IMG/VR virus record: IMGVR_UViG_3300022200_004366
From: an uncultured virus (IMG/VR IMGVR_UViG_3300022200_004366)
Taxonomy: Duplodnaviria > Heunggongvirae > Uroviricota > Caudoviricetes
DNA: 64,000 nt
Strand: one strand, 5' to 3'
Shown: positions 8,901 to 18,143 of the stretch, in pieces
How the letters are laid out: every line of letters starts with the position of its first letter
Numbering within the stretch: position 1 is the first letter of the stretch
Position numbers and translations under genes: made by a program
Notes under the pieces: model-generated
The model's input: the letters and a program-made list of their open reading frames with translations, nothing else
Database searches by the model: none
Told to the model about the DNA's origin: nothing

Positions 8901-9136
8901 CACGCATTAAAATTTTAGAATTTAATGTTGGTGATGTAGAGAATCTCGATCTTGTTGCTGGTATGATTGTTGAAAGCAAACTTAAAGGCACAAAGCAAGG
9001 GCAATGGGCTCTTGACAATTCTAAAGATATACGTTATAGTATTTCACATCGAAACGAAGATTTCAACTATCTTATTCGCGTAGAAGCAGACGTGGAAGAT
9101 TCTGCTGCGACTTATTTTAACTTGCGTTGGGGATAA
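8897..9136 (+). CDS. hypothetical phage protein
   Basis: 79 aa, coupled to thyA, ends AATYFNLRWG. Confidence 0.7.
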   Translation: MTRIKILEFNVGDVENLDLVAGMIVESKLKGTKQGQWALDNSKDIRYSISHRNEDFNYLIRVEADVEDSAATYFNLRWG

Positions 9137-9137
9137 C

Positions 9138-10094
9138 ATGAGAGTAATGGTTGTAGGTGGTGCTGGGTTTATTGGGCACCATGTCGTAAAAGAATTACGA
9201 GACTTAGGTCACGAATGTATCGTCCTAGATAACTGGACTACCTATGGCATATTGGAGCCTAAAGCACATCAGAAATTACTTGACGAACGCATTGATTACA
9301 TGGGACACCCTACAATGTGTCCGTGGGATATTGCCAGTGCTAATCATATTAACTCTAGTTTTGAACGGCACAAACCAGACGTTGTTATTCATTTAGCAAG
9401 TTTTCCACGTGCTAAAATTGTAAACACCAATCCATTAATGGCTCGTCATACTATGATCGATGGGTTAGAAAATTTGTTAACTGCGTCTGTTAATACAGGC
9501 GTTAAACGTTTTGTGTACATTAGTTCATCAATGGTATATGGTGACTTTGAGGGCGGCGTTACTGAAGATACTCCTTGTAAGCCCGGAAGCATTTATGCTG
9601 CGTACAAACACGCAGGTGAACTATTAACTAAGCACTTCGCAGATAAGCACGATATGGATTACGCTATTGTACGTCCAAGTGCTGTGTATGGTCCTCGTGA
9701 TGTAGAGGATCGTGTAGTAAGCAAGTTCTTTATGAATGCTATTCAGGATAAACCACTTAATGTAAATGGTGTGAATGAGAAACTGGACTTCTCGTTTGTA
9801 GAAGATGTAGCGCACGGTATTGTACTTGCTGCTACACACCCACTTGCCATGAACGAAACATTTAATATTACACGCGGCGAAGAAGACACTATCCTACGTG
9901 CTGCTGAACTCGTTAAAGCAATTGTAGGCAAGGGTGAGATCAATGTACGCGAACGTGATATGAGTATGCCATCGCGTGGATACCTAAGTACAGATAAAGC
10001 ATATCGTTTAATTAATTACGAACCACGTACTAACATAGAACAAGGATTCCCGCTTTATTATGAGTGGATTCAAAATTCCCTTCTTCGGGCTTGA
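9138..10094 (+). CDS. NAD-dependent NDP-sugar epimerase/dehydratase (extended SDR)
   Basis: GGAGFIG, HLA, SSSMVYG, YAAYK (YxxxK), VYGP. Confidence 0.93.
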   Translation: MRVMVVGGAGFIGHHVVKELRDLGHECIVLDNWTTYGILEPKAHQKLLDERIDYMGHPTMCPWDIASANHINSSFERHKPDVVIHLASFPRAKIVNTNPLMARHTMIDGLENLLTASVNTGVKRFVYISSSMVYGDFEGGVTEDTPCKPGSIYAAYKHAGELLTKHFADKHDMDYAIVRPSAVYGPRDVEDRVVSKFFMNAIQDKPLNVNGVNEKLDFSFVEDVAHGIVLAATHPLAMNETFNITRGEEDTILRAAELVKAIVGKGEINVRERDMSMPSRGYLSTDKAYRLINYEPRTNIEQGFPLYYEWIQNSLLRA

Positions 10095-11121
10095 ACGTCA
10101 GCACGCTTATTTAAAAGACGAATTACTAGAAGCAACCGATCGTGTGCTTGCCAGTGGGCAATGGATGGCCGGTGAAAATACAGAACAGTTCGAACAGTGG
10201 TTAGCACATAAAACTCACTCGCAATACGCAATCACTACGCATTCAGGCACTATTGCGCTAGAAGCAATCGCAAAATATTACGAACGTTCTAATTACATTC
10301 CTGTTAAACGTGCGTTAATTCCTACATTAACATTTCCTGCTACTGCTAATGCGTTTATTAATTCTGGCTGGGATGTTGAGTTTTTAGATTGTAATCGTAA
10401 CGGACAAGTAGAATGGCACAAACACGTCGATGGTAGTACCGAAGGTATTGCTGTTGGAGTTGGCCTATACGGAGAAGAAATACGTGATGTTCCACATCTT
10501 CCTTTTATCGAAGACGGTGCGCAACATTGGTTAGCAGACGATTGTAGACATCAAGGTCTAGCAACTACTATTTCATTTGACCCTACTAAGAACCTACCAA
10601 GCACAGGCAACGGCGGTGCTATTGTAACTAATTCAGAAGTTATGTATGAATGGTTAAAAGGTTATTTTAATCACGGCAAACATCATGTTCCGTTTGCGGG
10701 TACTAACGCACGCATGAGTGAACTAGAAGCAGCACACTTATTAGTACGTAAAAATTATTTAGAAATGTGGCAAGGACGCAGACGTGCTATTGCTAGACAT
10801 TGGATATATCGTTTTTCTGATTCACCAGTGCGTGTAGTATTAAATCATATGGGAAATCACGCATTACAAAAATTTGTTATTGAAATTGATAACAGAGATT
10901 ATATTCGAGATCAGCTAGCAAATGATGGTATTGAAACTCGCATACATTATGAAAAACCTTTACACGAATTAAAGCAATACGAAAAATATAAAGGTCCAAA
11001 CATGATGAGCGTTGCCAGTAGTTTAACTAGACGTGTGCTAAGTTTGCCGTTCTACCCTGATTTATCTGGTGACGAAGTAGAATTTATAGCCGATCGGGTT
11101 CTACACCATGTACAGAAATAA
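10060..11121 (+). CDS. DegT/DnrJ/EryC1/StrS-family PLP sugar aminotransferase
   Basis: SGTIAL, TFPATANA, IEDGAQ, SFDPTKNL (PLP Lys), GNGGA, LSLPFYP. Confidence 0.93.
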   Translation: MSGFKIPFFGLERQHAYLKDELLEATDRVLASGQWMAGENTEQFEQWLAHKTHSQYAITTHSGTIALEAIAKYYERSNYIPVKRALIPTLTFPATANAFINSGWDVEFLDCNRNGQVEWHKHVDGSTEGIAVGVGLYGEEIRDVPHLPFIEDGAQHWLADDCRHQGLATTISFDPTKNLPSTGNGGAIVTNSEVMYEWLKGYFNHGKHHVPFAGTNARMSELEAAHLLVRKNYLEMWQGRRRAIARHWIYRFSDSPVRVVLNHMGNHALQKFVIEIDNRDYIRDQLANDGIETRIHYEKPLHELKQYEKYKGPNMMSVASSLTRRVLSLPFYPDLSGDEVEFIADRVLHHVQK

Positions 11122-13102
11122 AGTATTCTCGTAACCATCTCCATTCGTAAGTTAACTTCAACTGGTCAAAGTCTCCATTAACTGAATCATAATATCGAAC
11201 AGCATCGACAGCACCTGTTATACTCCATGACCCGTGCTCGCCATTGCCTACAGTTAACCACTTCTTAAGTCTATATTCTGTTTCAATTGAAGTTTCTGCT
11301 GCTTTAAGTTTAACGACTTCACGGAAAGCCGAACGCCACGCAGTCCACGCATCATCGGCATACTGTGCTGTGCCGCTTAATAACGGAACGACTTCGTGTT
11401 CGCTATCGAGTGTAAAATCCAACCCTGTGCCTACGTTGCTTAATGTTAACTGTTTATGATACGCAATCATAGCCATATGACCATATTCTAACCCGTTAAC
11501 AGGATTATGTGCGTGAAAGATATAATGCTTGTTTTGCTGTAGTCTGTCAGGTTGCCACGACCAATCAAAATCTGGGTTAACTTCTAGTTTAGCAAACACA
11601 GCGAAGAACCAAGGAGTTTCGCTTTGATTTGCTGCGGCTTGATATGCTTCTACACGTCCGTTAACACCGTCACTGCGAACTACTCTATTAGGTTTACCAC
11701 GCATTATTTCTTGTAGGTGGTTCCAGTGTTTTTCGGCAATTTCTTCTCCGTTAGAAATAAACACAACATCTAGCGGTTTATCTTTATTTAAAACACGATA
11801 TGTTGTGTTAATATACGGATAATCATACAATTCTTTTAAAACCGCCGTTTTTGCGTCTCTTGGCACTACTACGACACTATTTCCGTTAGATAATGGTACA
11901 ATAGTGCGTGTTTTTTCTCTCCATAGTGGGACTGTAGGTATTTTGTTAACTGTGCGATCAGCAAATAAAGTCAACGGCTCTAAAAATGTATGTTCCTTAA
12001 CAGCATCAACAATAGAGTTACCGTCTGTGTGTACTACAGGAATTGGCCAACGTGGTACTTCAATTCCGTCTACAAAATGTATAGTATCATACCATTCTAG
12101 TATTTCTGTTGTACCAACACGATCATTAAAACTTGGAGCGTTAATTAAAAATGTATCGCCAAATTTTTCAGCCTCTGACGCAAATACATGTAACATTGTT
12201 CCTTGCCATTCTTCTGGGTGCCAAGAAAAATCAAAATTTGAATAATCGCATACACTAGAACATACCCACACAAAGTTACTCTCTTCTCGACTTAGTATTC
12301 GTTGTAATGTTCCTTTGTATGAGTTAATAAAGCGAGCAACTTTCTTAACAACAAGTCCTTTACTTTCTAATTGTTGCTTAACAATTTCTGTTTCAGCATT
12401 GCCATGATCAATAAGGTACACTTCTCGGCTAACGGCAATATTTTTAACACGTTCTTGTGTAACATATTTGGTTGCTTTTGCGTTATTAACTTGATATAAA
12501 GGACCACCAGTCTTTTGCCATTGAGTGCCAAACTGATAATTATATGCTGGTTCTGTATCATCCGGATGCCAAGTGTAATCAAATCCATCTAACTCAACAT
12601 CAGGAATAATCCAATTATCATCAACAGAGGTTTTTTGTACACGAGGTTGATTTACATATTTTACTGTATCAGCAGTTAGAACCACGTAACGCGGTCCACC
12701 AGTCTTTTGCCATTGAGTTCCGAACTGATAAACGTACGGATCTTCTGTGCTATCTGGATGCCAAGAATAATCAAATTCTGTGTAAGAAGTATCATCCCAA
12801 TTAGAATAGTCTACTTTACGATACGCAATCATTCCAGCATGGTAGTTTGTGTCGGTCCATCCTGCTTTTGGATACAAGCAGGTACCTGAATCCTTTTGAT
12901 GTTGACTTGCGTAAACGTGTCGTTGATGACTCTCCCAGGGCTTAGGCTCCCAAAGAAAATCAAACTCAGAATAATCACATAAGTAGTGTATAATCCAAAA
13001 GTATCTTGTACGACACAATTGTTGTGCTTCATCGATATTTTTTACTTCACGTTCGTGAACAAACTGATTTGGTTTAGATCCAATATAAAATACATCAAAC
13101 AT
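11084..13102 (-). CDS. multi-module glycosyltransferase-like protein with internal repeats
   Basis: C-terminal domain (LDVVFISNGE...AWRSAFREVVK) is paralogous to the DxD-bearing protein at 32635-33546; repeated FD(F/Y/W)xWxP modules. Confidence 0.55.
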   Translation of the reverse strand: MFDVFYIGSKPNQFVHEREVKNIDEAQQLCRTRYFWIIHYLCDYSEFDFLWEPKPWESHQRHVYASQHQKDSGTCLYPKAGWTDTNYHAGMIAYRKVDYSNWDDTSYTEFDYSWHPDSTEDPYVYQFGTQWQKTGGPRYVVLTADTVKYVNQPRVQKTSVDDNWIIPDVELDGFDYTWHPDDTEPAYNYQFGTQWQKTGGPLYQVNNAKATKYVTQERVKNIAVSREVYLIDHGNAETEIVKQQLESKGLVVKKVARFINSYKGTLQRILSREESNFVWVCSSVCDYSNFDFSWHPEEWQGTMLHVFASEAEKFGDTFLINAPSFNDRVGTTEILEWYDTIHFVDGIEVPRWPIPVVHTDGNSIVDAVKEHTFLEPLTLFADRTVNKIPTVPLWREKTRTIVPLSNGNSVVVVPRDAKTAVLKELYDYPYINTTYRVLNKDKPLDVVFISNGEEIAEKHWNHLQEIMRGKPNRVVRSDGVNGRVEAYQAAANQSETPWFFAVFAKLEVNPDFDWSWQPDRLQQNKHYIFHAHNPVNGLEYGHMAMIAYHKQLTLSNVGTGLDFTLDSEHEVVPLLSGTAQYADDAWTAWRSAFREVVKLKAAETSIETEYRLKKWLTVGNGEHGSWSITGAVDAVRYYDSVNGDFDQLKLTYEWRWLREYFISVHGVEPDRL
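12460..12778 (-). repeat. intragenic tandem duplication, 192-nt (64-aa) period
   Basis: CCACCAGTCTTTTGCCATTGAGT at 12504 and 12696; protein repeat FDYxWHPDxTExxYxYQFGTQWQKTGGPxY...KYV. Confidence 0.85.
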
Positions 13103-13110
13103 TATAAATT

Positions 13111-14232
13111 ATGATTCGAATTGACGAGCTATATGATAACACATTTTGGCCCTGGATACAAGAGAATTTACCTGGGATTCGGATGTTTTATTGTGATCCA
13201 CCTGGACATACTAGTGTTGATTGTTTATTTAATCACGGCGAAGATTTCATCTTAGAAAGTGATTATGTATTTTTACATGATCAAGAACCGGTCGATATAG
13301 ATCTTTATAAACCGTTGTTCGACGACGTTATTAGACGCAACGACGATATTCAACCAGAACCAGGAAATTATAATAAAAAAGCACAAGGTGGAATTGTTGT
13401 ATCAGAAAAAGGCGAGTACATTAATCGCTTATGTAGCGAATACGGTTGGCGGAATTATTATTATTTTTGGCACGGCTGGGCAGCATTAGACTGGTATCGT
13501 GGTTATGATCGTACATTTTTAATTAAGCGTGCTGCTAATCGCAACCCAACTAGAACATTTATGTCTCCTAACCGTATCATCGGCGGCCTTCGCGACCATC
13601 GCGTGTTATTTTTATATGAAGTATTCAAGCGTAACTTACAGCATAATCATATTAGTGCTCCTCGTGCCTGTCCTGTAGAACACACAGACATTACACACAT
13701 TGCGTCTAAGTATCAAAATCGTATCCTTGATATTACTCGCGTACTATCCACAGAAGAATTACCAATTACATTTACTAATGAAGATACTCAAAAAATGTCA
13801 TCATGCTGGTTAGATAACTTTGATGCTGCTGCGGATAGTATGTTTTACGTGCCTACCGAAACTATATATTTTGGCAAGCGTTTACATATTACAGAAAAAA
13901 CTTTTAAAGCCATTGCGCTCGAAATGCCTTTTATACTTGTTGCTCCAGCACATAGCTTAGAGTATCTGCGTTCTTATGGATTTCAAACGTTTAGCGATAC
14001 CATTAACGAAAGCTATGATGATGAAGAAGATGACTTACTGCGTATTCAAAAAGTTGGTCAACTACTTGAAGATATAAACAACTTATCAGTTACCGAAAAA
14101 CAGCATATTTGGAAACATTGCTCCAGAGCAGCAACACATAACTATAATCATTTTTACAGTGGCAAATTTGAACAAGTATTATGGAAAGAACTATTATTAA
14201 TGTTGGAGCAAATTAAACGAGATTATGTATAA
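13111..14232 (+). CDS. putative glycosyltransferase-like protein (TEK-motif family)
   Basis: ET...HITEKTFKAIALEMPF...GFQTF...ESYD; TEK recalls the GT10 fucosyltransferase motif. Confidence 0.5.
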   Translation: MIRIDELYDNTFWPWIQENLPGIRMFYCDPPGHTSVDCLFNHGEDFILESDYVFLHDQEPVDIDLYKPLFDDVIRRNDDIQPEPGNYNKKAQGGIVVSEKGEYINRLCSEYGWRNYYYFWHGWAALDWYRGYDRTFLIKRAANRNPTRTFMSPNRIIGGLRDHRVLFLYEVFKRNLQHNHISAPRACPVEHTDITHIASKYQNRILDITRVLSTEELPITFTNEDTQKMSSCWLDNFDAAADSMFYVPTETIYFGKRLHITEKTFKAIALEMPFILVAPAHSLEYLRSYGFQTFSDTINESYDDEEDDLLRIQKVGQLLEDINNLSVTEKQHIWKHCSRAATHNYNHFYSGKFEQVLWKELLLMLEQIKRDYV

Positions 14233-15433
14233 ATTTTACGTTGACAAAATTGCTAAGAATGCGGTTGGTTTTTCAAAACCACATCCAAACTGCGCAATGG
14301 TTAGCGCAGAACCATATACTCCTGAATGGAGGCAATTTAGTACACGCTGGCCTTACTCAGAGCCAGTGATGTTGTTTGAATACATGGATCATTGGGATGT
14401 GCCATATGAGTTAGTTAAGTTGGAAGATACAGATAACAACACATTTTACCCAATTGCCCTTAGTTTTTTTAGTTTTGATGTTGATTGGTTCTCTTTAATA
14501 CCATTAGATGTTTTTGAGCGTATATGTAATCAAAAATTACGTATCTTGTTTTACTATAGCGAAGGTGATAATCCTAAACGGATTGACACTCGCATCAATG
14601 AACTGTGCGATGATTACTGCGTTCCTCGAGAACAAGTTTATTTTGCGAGTGCTAATAGTGCGTGCCGTGATATTCCGTATTTCTTTCATGTAGTGGATGA
14701 TGAATTATTATATAACTTTCGTAATAGAAAAATTGAACCAGTAAATTATCATTGTAAGCATAGAAGTAAAAAGTTTACCGCACTTGTTAGAATGCACAAG
14801 TATTGGCGTGCTAATACTATGGCACGAATATGGGAACATGGCAACAATCAGCAAGGATATTTTGGCTACGGAAATGAAATAACTGCGAACGAAAACGAAG
14901 ACGACAACCCCATTGAAGTTGATCGTTTTGTTGGATTGCGTGAATTAACACGTTTATTCTTAAAAGAATTACCGTTTGTTGCCGACGACCTAAGTGTAGT
15001 TCAACATAACAACCATACATTAAGTGTAGAAGAACATTTTCGCAACAGTTATTTAAACATTGTGTTGGAGTCGCACATGGATGTGGATCAAAGTTACGGT
15101 GCGTTTCTAACCGAAAAAACATTTAAACCAATTAAAAACGTACAACCATTTATTATATTTGGTGGGCCGTCTAGTTTACGTTTATTAAGAAGAATGGGTT
15201 ATAAAACATTCGAAGGCATGATTGATAACAGTTATGACGATATCACAGATACTACAAAACGTTGGGAAACTGCGATTAATTTAACATTAGATCTAATCAA
15301 CTTAAATAACAAACAGTTACGTGAAGTTTATACTGCTTGTAAGAACGATTTACTTTACAATCAAAAATTATTTTTGTCGAATAAAAAAGATAGAATTCTA
15401 ACACTTTTAAGAGATATACATGAATCCAATTAA
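14225..15433 (+). CDS. putative glycosyltransferase-like protein (TEK-motif family)
   Basis: NIVLES...FLTEKTFKPIKNVQPF...GYKTF...NSYD; paralogue of the preceding gene. Confidence 0.5.
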   Translation: MYKFYVDKIAKNAVGFSKPHPNCAMVSAEPYTPEWRQFSTRWPYSEPVMLFEYMDHWDVPYELVKLEDTDNNTFYPIALSFFSFDVDWFSLIPLDVFERICNQKLRILFYYSEGDNPKRIDTRINELCDDYCVPREQVYFASANSACRDIPYFFHVVDDELLYNFRNRKIEPVNYHCKHRSKKFTALVRMHKYWRANTMARIWEHGNNQQGYFGYGNEITANENEDDNPIEVDRFVGLRELTRLFLKELPFVADDLSVVQHNNHTLSVEEHFRNSYLNIVLESHMDVDQSYGAFLTEKTFKPIKNVQPFIIFGGPSSLRLLRRMGYKTFEGMIDNSYDDITDTTKRWETAINLTLDLINLNNKQLREVYTACKNDLLYNQKLFLSNKKDRILTLLRDIHESN

Positions 15434-16463
15434 TGCCTATACGTCTTGGGACCCGCTGGAAGAAGTTATTGTAGGTCGGTGTTATCCACCGGAATATTTT
15501 GATTTTATTCAAGACGACGCTGTTCGCAAGCAGCTACAACGTGTACTCAGAGAAACCGAAGAAGACTTAGACAATTTACAAAAAGTTTGTGAAACCTACG
15601 GTGCTACAGTACGTCGTCCAGAAATTAAAGTTACACAAGACCAATTTTATGAATGGCAAACAAAAAACGGCGGAGCTCCATTGCCTCCGCTGACTCCAAG
15701 AGACTGGCAAATTACACTAGGCGATAAGTTATTACGTGTACTAAAAATGAATGAACTTGATCATGTGTGTAACGAATATAAATCACAAGGCGGCAAAGTT
15801 ATTAATCCTCACGGTGATTATTATGATGAAAACTGTGTACTAAACGGCGGAAGTGCTAGTTGTATTGTACGTGTAGGGCGTGACGTATTCTTTGACAATT
15901 CAGAATTCTTAACAGAAGCACAATCAGGATGGATCAAGGAAAATGTACTCAATGATCAAGATTATCGTTTCCACGAAGCACGCACAGAAGGGCACGGAGA
16001 TGCTGTATTTGCTATCTTGAAACCTGGTGTTATTTTAAGCACGTATCACGCAGATGACTTAAATTTAGAAGCAGAATTTCCTGGGTGGGACTTCTTACGT
16101 TTAAACGATCCAAGCATTCAAGCAGCACAGATGATTGGCCGTGTTAAAGAAGAAAATAGATTAGACGAGTCTTGGTATTTACAGGGCGAACGACCAACTG
16201 ATCAATTCCGCGATTACGTTAATAATTATCTAACACATTGGTTAGGATACATTAACGAAACTGTGTTCGATGTTAACTGTTTAGTGTTGGATCCACAAAA
16301 TGTTATTTTTTCAGCAGAAAATAAAACTGTATTTGACTTTTGTGAAAAGCACGGTATTAACCCTATTGTATCACCGTTGCGCCATCAATATTTTTGGGAT
16401 GGAGGCATTAGTTGTTGTACTCAAGATATTAGGCGGCGCGGCGGATTAGAAACTTATCTATAA
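15420..16463 (+). CDS. amidinotransferase (glycine/inosamine-phosphate amidinotransferase-like)
   Basis: SWDPLEEVIVG N-terminus, PRD, GHGD (His), FDVN, GGISCCTQD (catalytic Cys). Confidence 0.85.
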   Translation: MNPINAYTSWDPLEEVIVGRCYPPEYFDFIQDDAVRKQLQRVLRETEEDLDNLQKVCETYGATVRRPEIKVTQDQFYEWQTKNGGAPLPPLTPRDWQITLGDKLLRVLKMNELDHVCNEYKSQGGKVINPHGDYYDENCVLNGGSASCIVRVGRDVFFDNSEFLTEAQSGWIKENVLNDQDYRFHEARTEGHGDAVFAILKPGVILSTYHADDLNLEAEFPGWDFLRLNDPSIQAAQMIGRVKEENRLDESWYLQGERPTDQFRDYVNNYLTHWLGYINETVFDVNCLVLDPQNVIFSAENKTVFDFCEKHGINPIVSPLRHQYFWDGGISCCTQDIRRRGGLETYL

Positions 16464-17518
16464 TGGCCGCTTATAAATTTTCTGATATACGCAAAGTACA
16501 TCTAGAAATTTCTAGTAAATGTAATGCTTCTTGCTCATTATGTCCAAGAACAGCATTTGGTTATCCGTATAATAACGGCTATACCGAACACAATATGACC
16601 GTAGACGAAGCACGAAAGATATTTCCAACATCTTTTATTAAACAGCTTGGCGAATTACTTATCAATGGTAACTTTGGCGATGCTGTTGCTAATCCTAATA
16701 CCGTACCTATTGTTCAATACTTTAGAGAAAACAATCCTGATTTAAATATTAGTATTAGCACCAACGGTGGTGCGCAAAATACAGATTTTTGGACTTCTTT
16801 AGCTAAGTTAGGAGTTGAAGTTTATTTTAGTATCGATGGGTTGGCTAATACAAATCACTTATACAGACAGAACACAGACTTTTCTCATATTATGCGCAAC
16901 GTTCGAGATTTTATTTCGGCAGGCGGTACCGCAACTTGGAAATGGGTAAAGTTTAAACACAACGAACACCAGATTGAAGAGGCTAAACATTTAGCCGTGG
17001 AGCTCGGGTTCAGAGATTTTATTACAGTCTGGGACGGGAGAGACACAGGCCCTGTGTTTAATAGACACGGCGAACAAATTTATTTCTTAGGTAATGAAAA
17101 AAATCATTGGCTGTCAACAACTACTACCATTGACGAAATTATTCAAAGTTATAATAACAAAATAGATTTTAGAAATGTTGAGTATAATATTGCTAATACA
17201 GTTGATTGCGAAGTTATGCGCGATCAATCAATATATGTTAGTTCTATTGGCGATATATATCCTTGCTGCTATCTAGGAAATCAGCCAAGAACATTTGGCA
17301 AAGGCACATTTATGGAAGTGGTTAACAATCAAATTTCTAACATAATGCTTGAAAATAATGCACTTGAATATGATCTAGAGCATTGTATTCGTTGGTTTAA
17401 AAACATTGTAGATAGTTGGAATATTTCAACTTGCGAAGAGGGAAGGTTATTACAATGTAATCAAACTTGCGGTGGCAAAAAACGCACCTGGGAAGTCAAT
17501 GGTGTTAATGCCAACTAA
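16463..17518 (+). CDS. radical SAM protein with C-terminal SPASM/twitch-like Cys
   Basis: CNASCSLC; GNFGD; STNG; FSIDG; GDIYPCC; C-terminal QCNQTC. Confidence 0.9.
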   Translation: MAAYKFSDIRKVHLEISSKCNASCSLCPRTAFGYPYNNGYTEHNMTVDEARKIFPTSFIKQLGELLINGNFGDAVANPNTVPIVQYFRENNPDLNISISTNGGAQNTDFWTSLAKLGVEVYFSIDGLANTNHLYRQNTDFSHIMRNVRDFISAGGTATWKWVKFKHNEHQIEEAKHLAVELGFRDFITVWDGRDTGPVFNRHGEQIYFLGNEKNHWLSTTTTIDEIIQSYNNKIDFRNVEYNIANTVDCEVMRDQSIYVSSIGDIYPCCYLGNQPRTFGKGTFMEVVNNQISNIMLENNALEYDLEHCIRWFKNIVDSWNISTCEEGRLLQCNQTCGGKKRTWEVNGVNAN

Positions 17519-18143
17519 ACCATTTATCAGTTAACGCTTCAAATTCCTGCGCATCTAATTGTTCTCTGTCGCCCTGAATAATTTCTGCTAACTGACTAGC
17601 TAAGATTAAATTGTTAAACTCGTTTAAGTGATTTGGTCTTGTATCATTGAACAAAGAGAATTCTTTAGCACCTAGTTCGTTTAAACTTAACGCACACAAA
17701 TTTTGTTCTATATTTTTACGTGCGTTTGATCCATAATTAACACTCCACGGAAAACTATGTAAATGAATTATATTCTCGTGCTGTGTTTCTAATTCTGCGA
17801 ACCATTGTTGTTGAGCCCATTCTAAAAACTCTGGATTTGAAATATACTTGTTATATAATTTAACACTCAGTTCTAGTTCATTAGTGGGTTCTTGCGAATG
17901 ATCAAATGTTACTAATGCCGAATCTTCTGTTGGGATACGTGTTGCGTTTGTGTGTACAATAACAATTGATTCAGAGTTTCCTGTATCTACGCTATCTAAA
18001 TAACGTTTTGCTTTCCACCAATGATGTCCAGGAAACCCTTGTGATACTAAATTTAAATTTAACTGGTCAGCAAGTATTCCTGGCCAACCTGTGTCACTAG
18101 CACAAAAACTATCGCCGGTTATGATTAAATCTTTCACGAACAA
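17505..18143 (-). CDS. SGNH/GDSL-like hydrolase or acyltransferase
   Basis: N-terminal ITGDSF and late DTRPNHL. Confidence 0.5.
   Translation of the reverse strand: MFVKDLIITGDSFCASDTGWPGILADQLNLNLVSQGFPGHHWWKAKRYLDSVDTGNSESIVIVHTNATRIPTEDSALVTFDHSQEPTNELELSVKLYNKYISNPEFLEWAQQQWFAELETQHENIIHLHSFPWSVNYGSNARKNIEQNLCALSLNELGAKEFSLFNDTRPNHLNEFNNLILASQLAEIIQGDREQLDAQEFEALTDKWFSWH

Noticed and set aside
12460..12778. Repeated 23-nt sequence as a possible CRISPR array or DGR template/variable repeat
   Set aside because: Only two copies, in frame within one gene at a 192-nt period; no cas gene or reverse transcriptase seen
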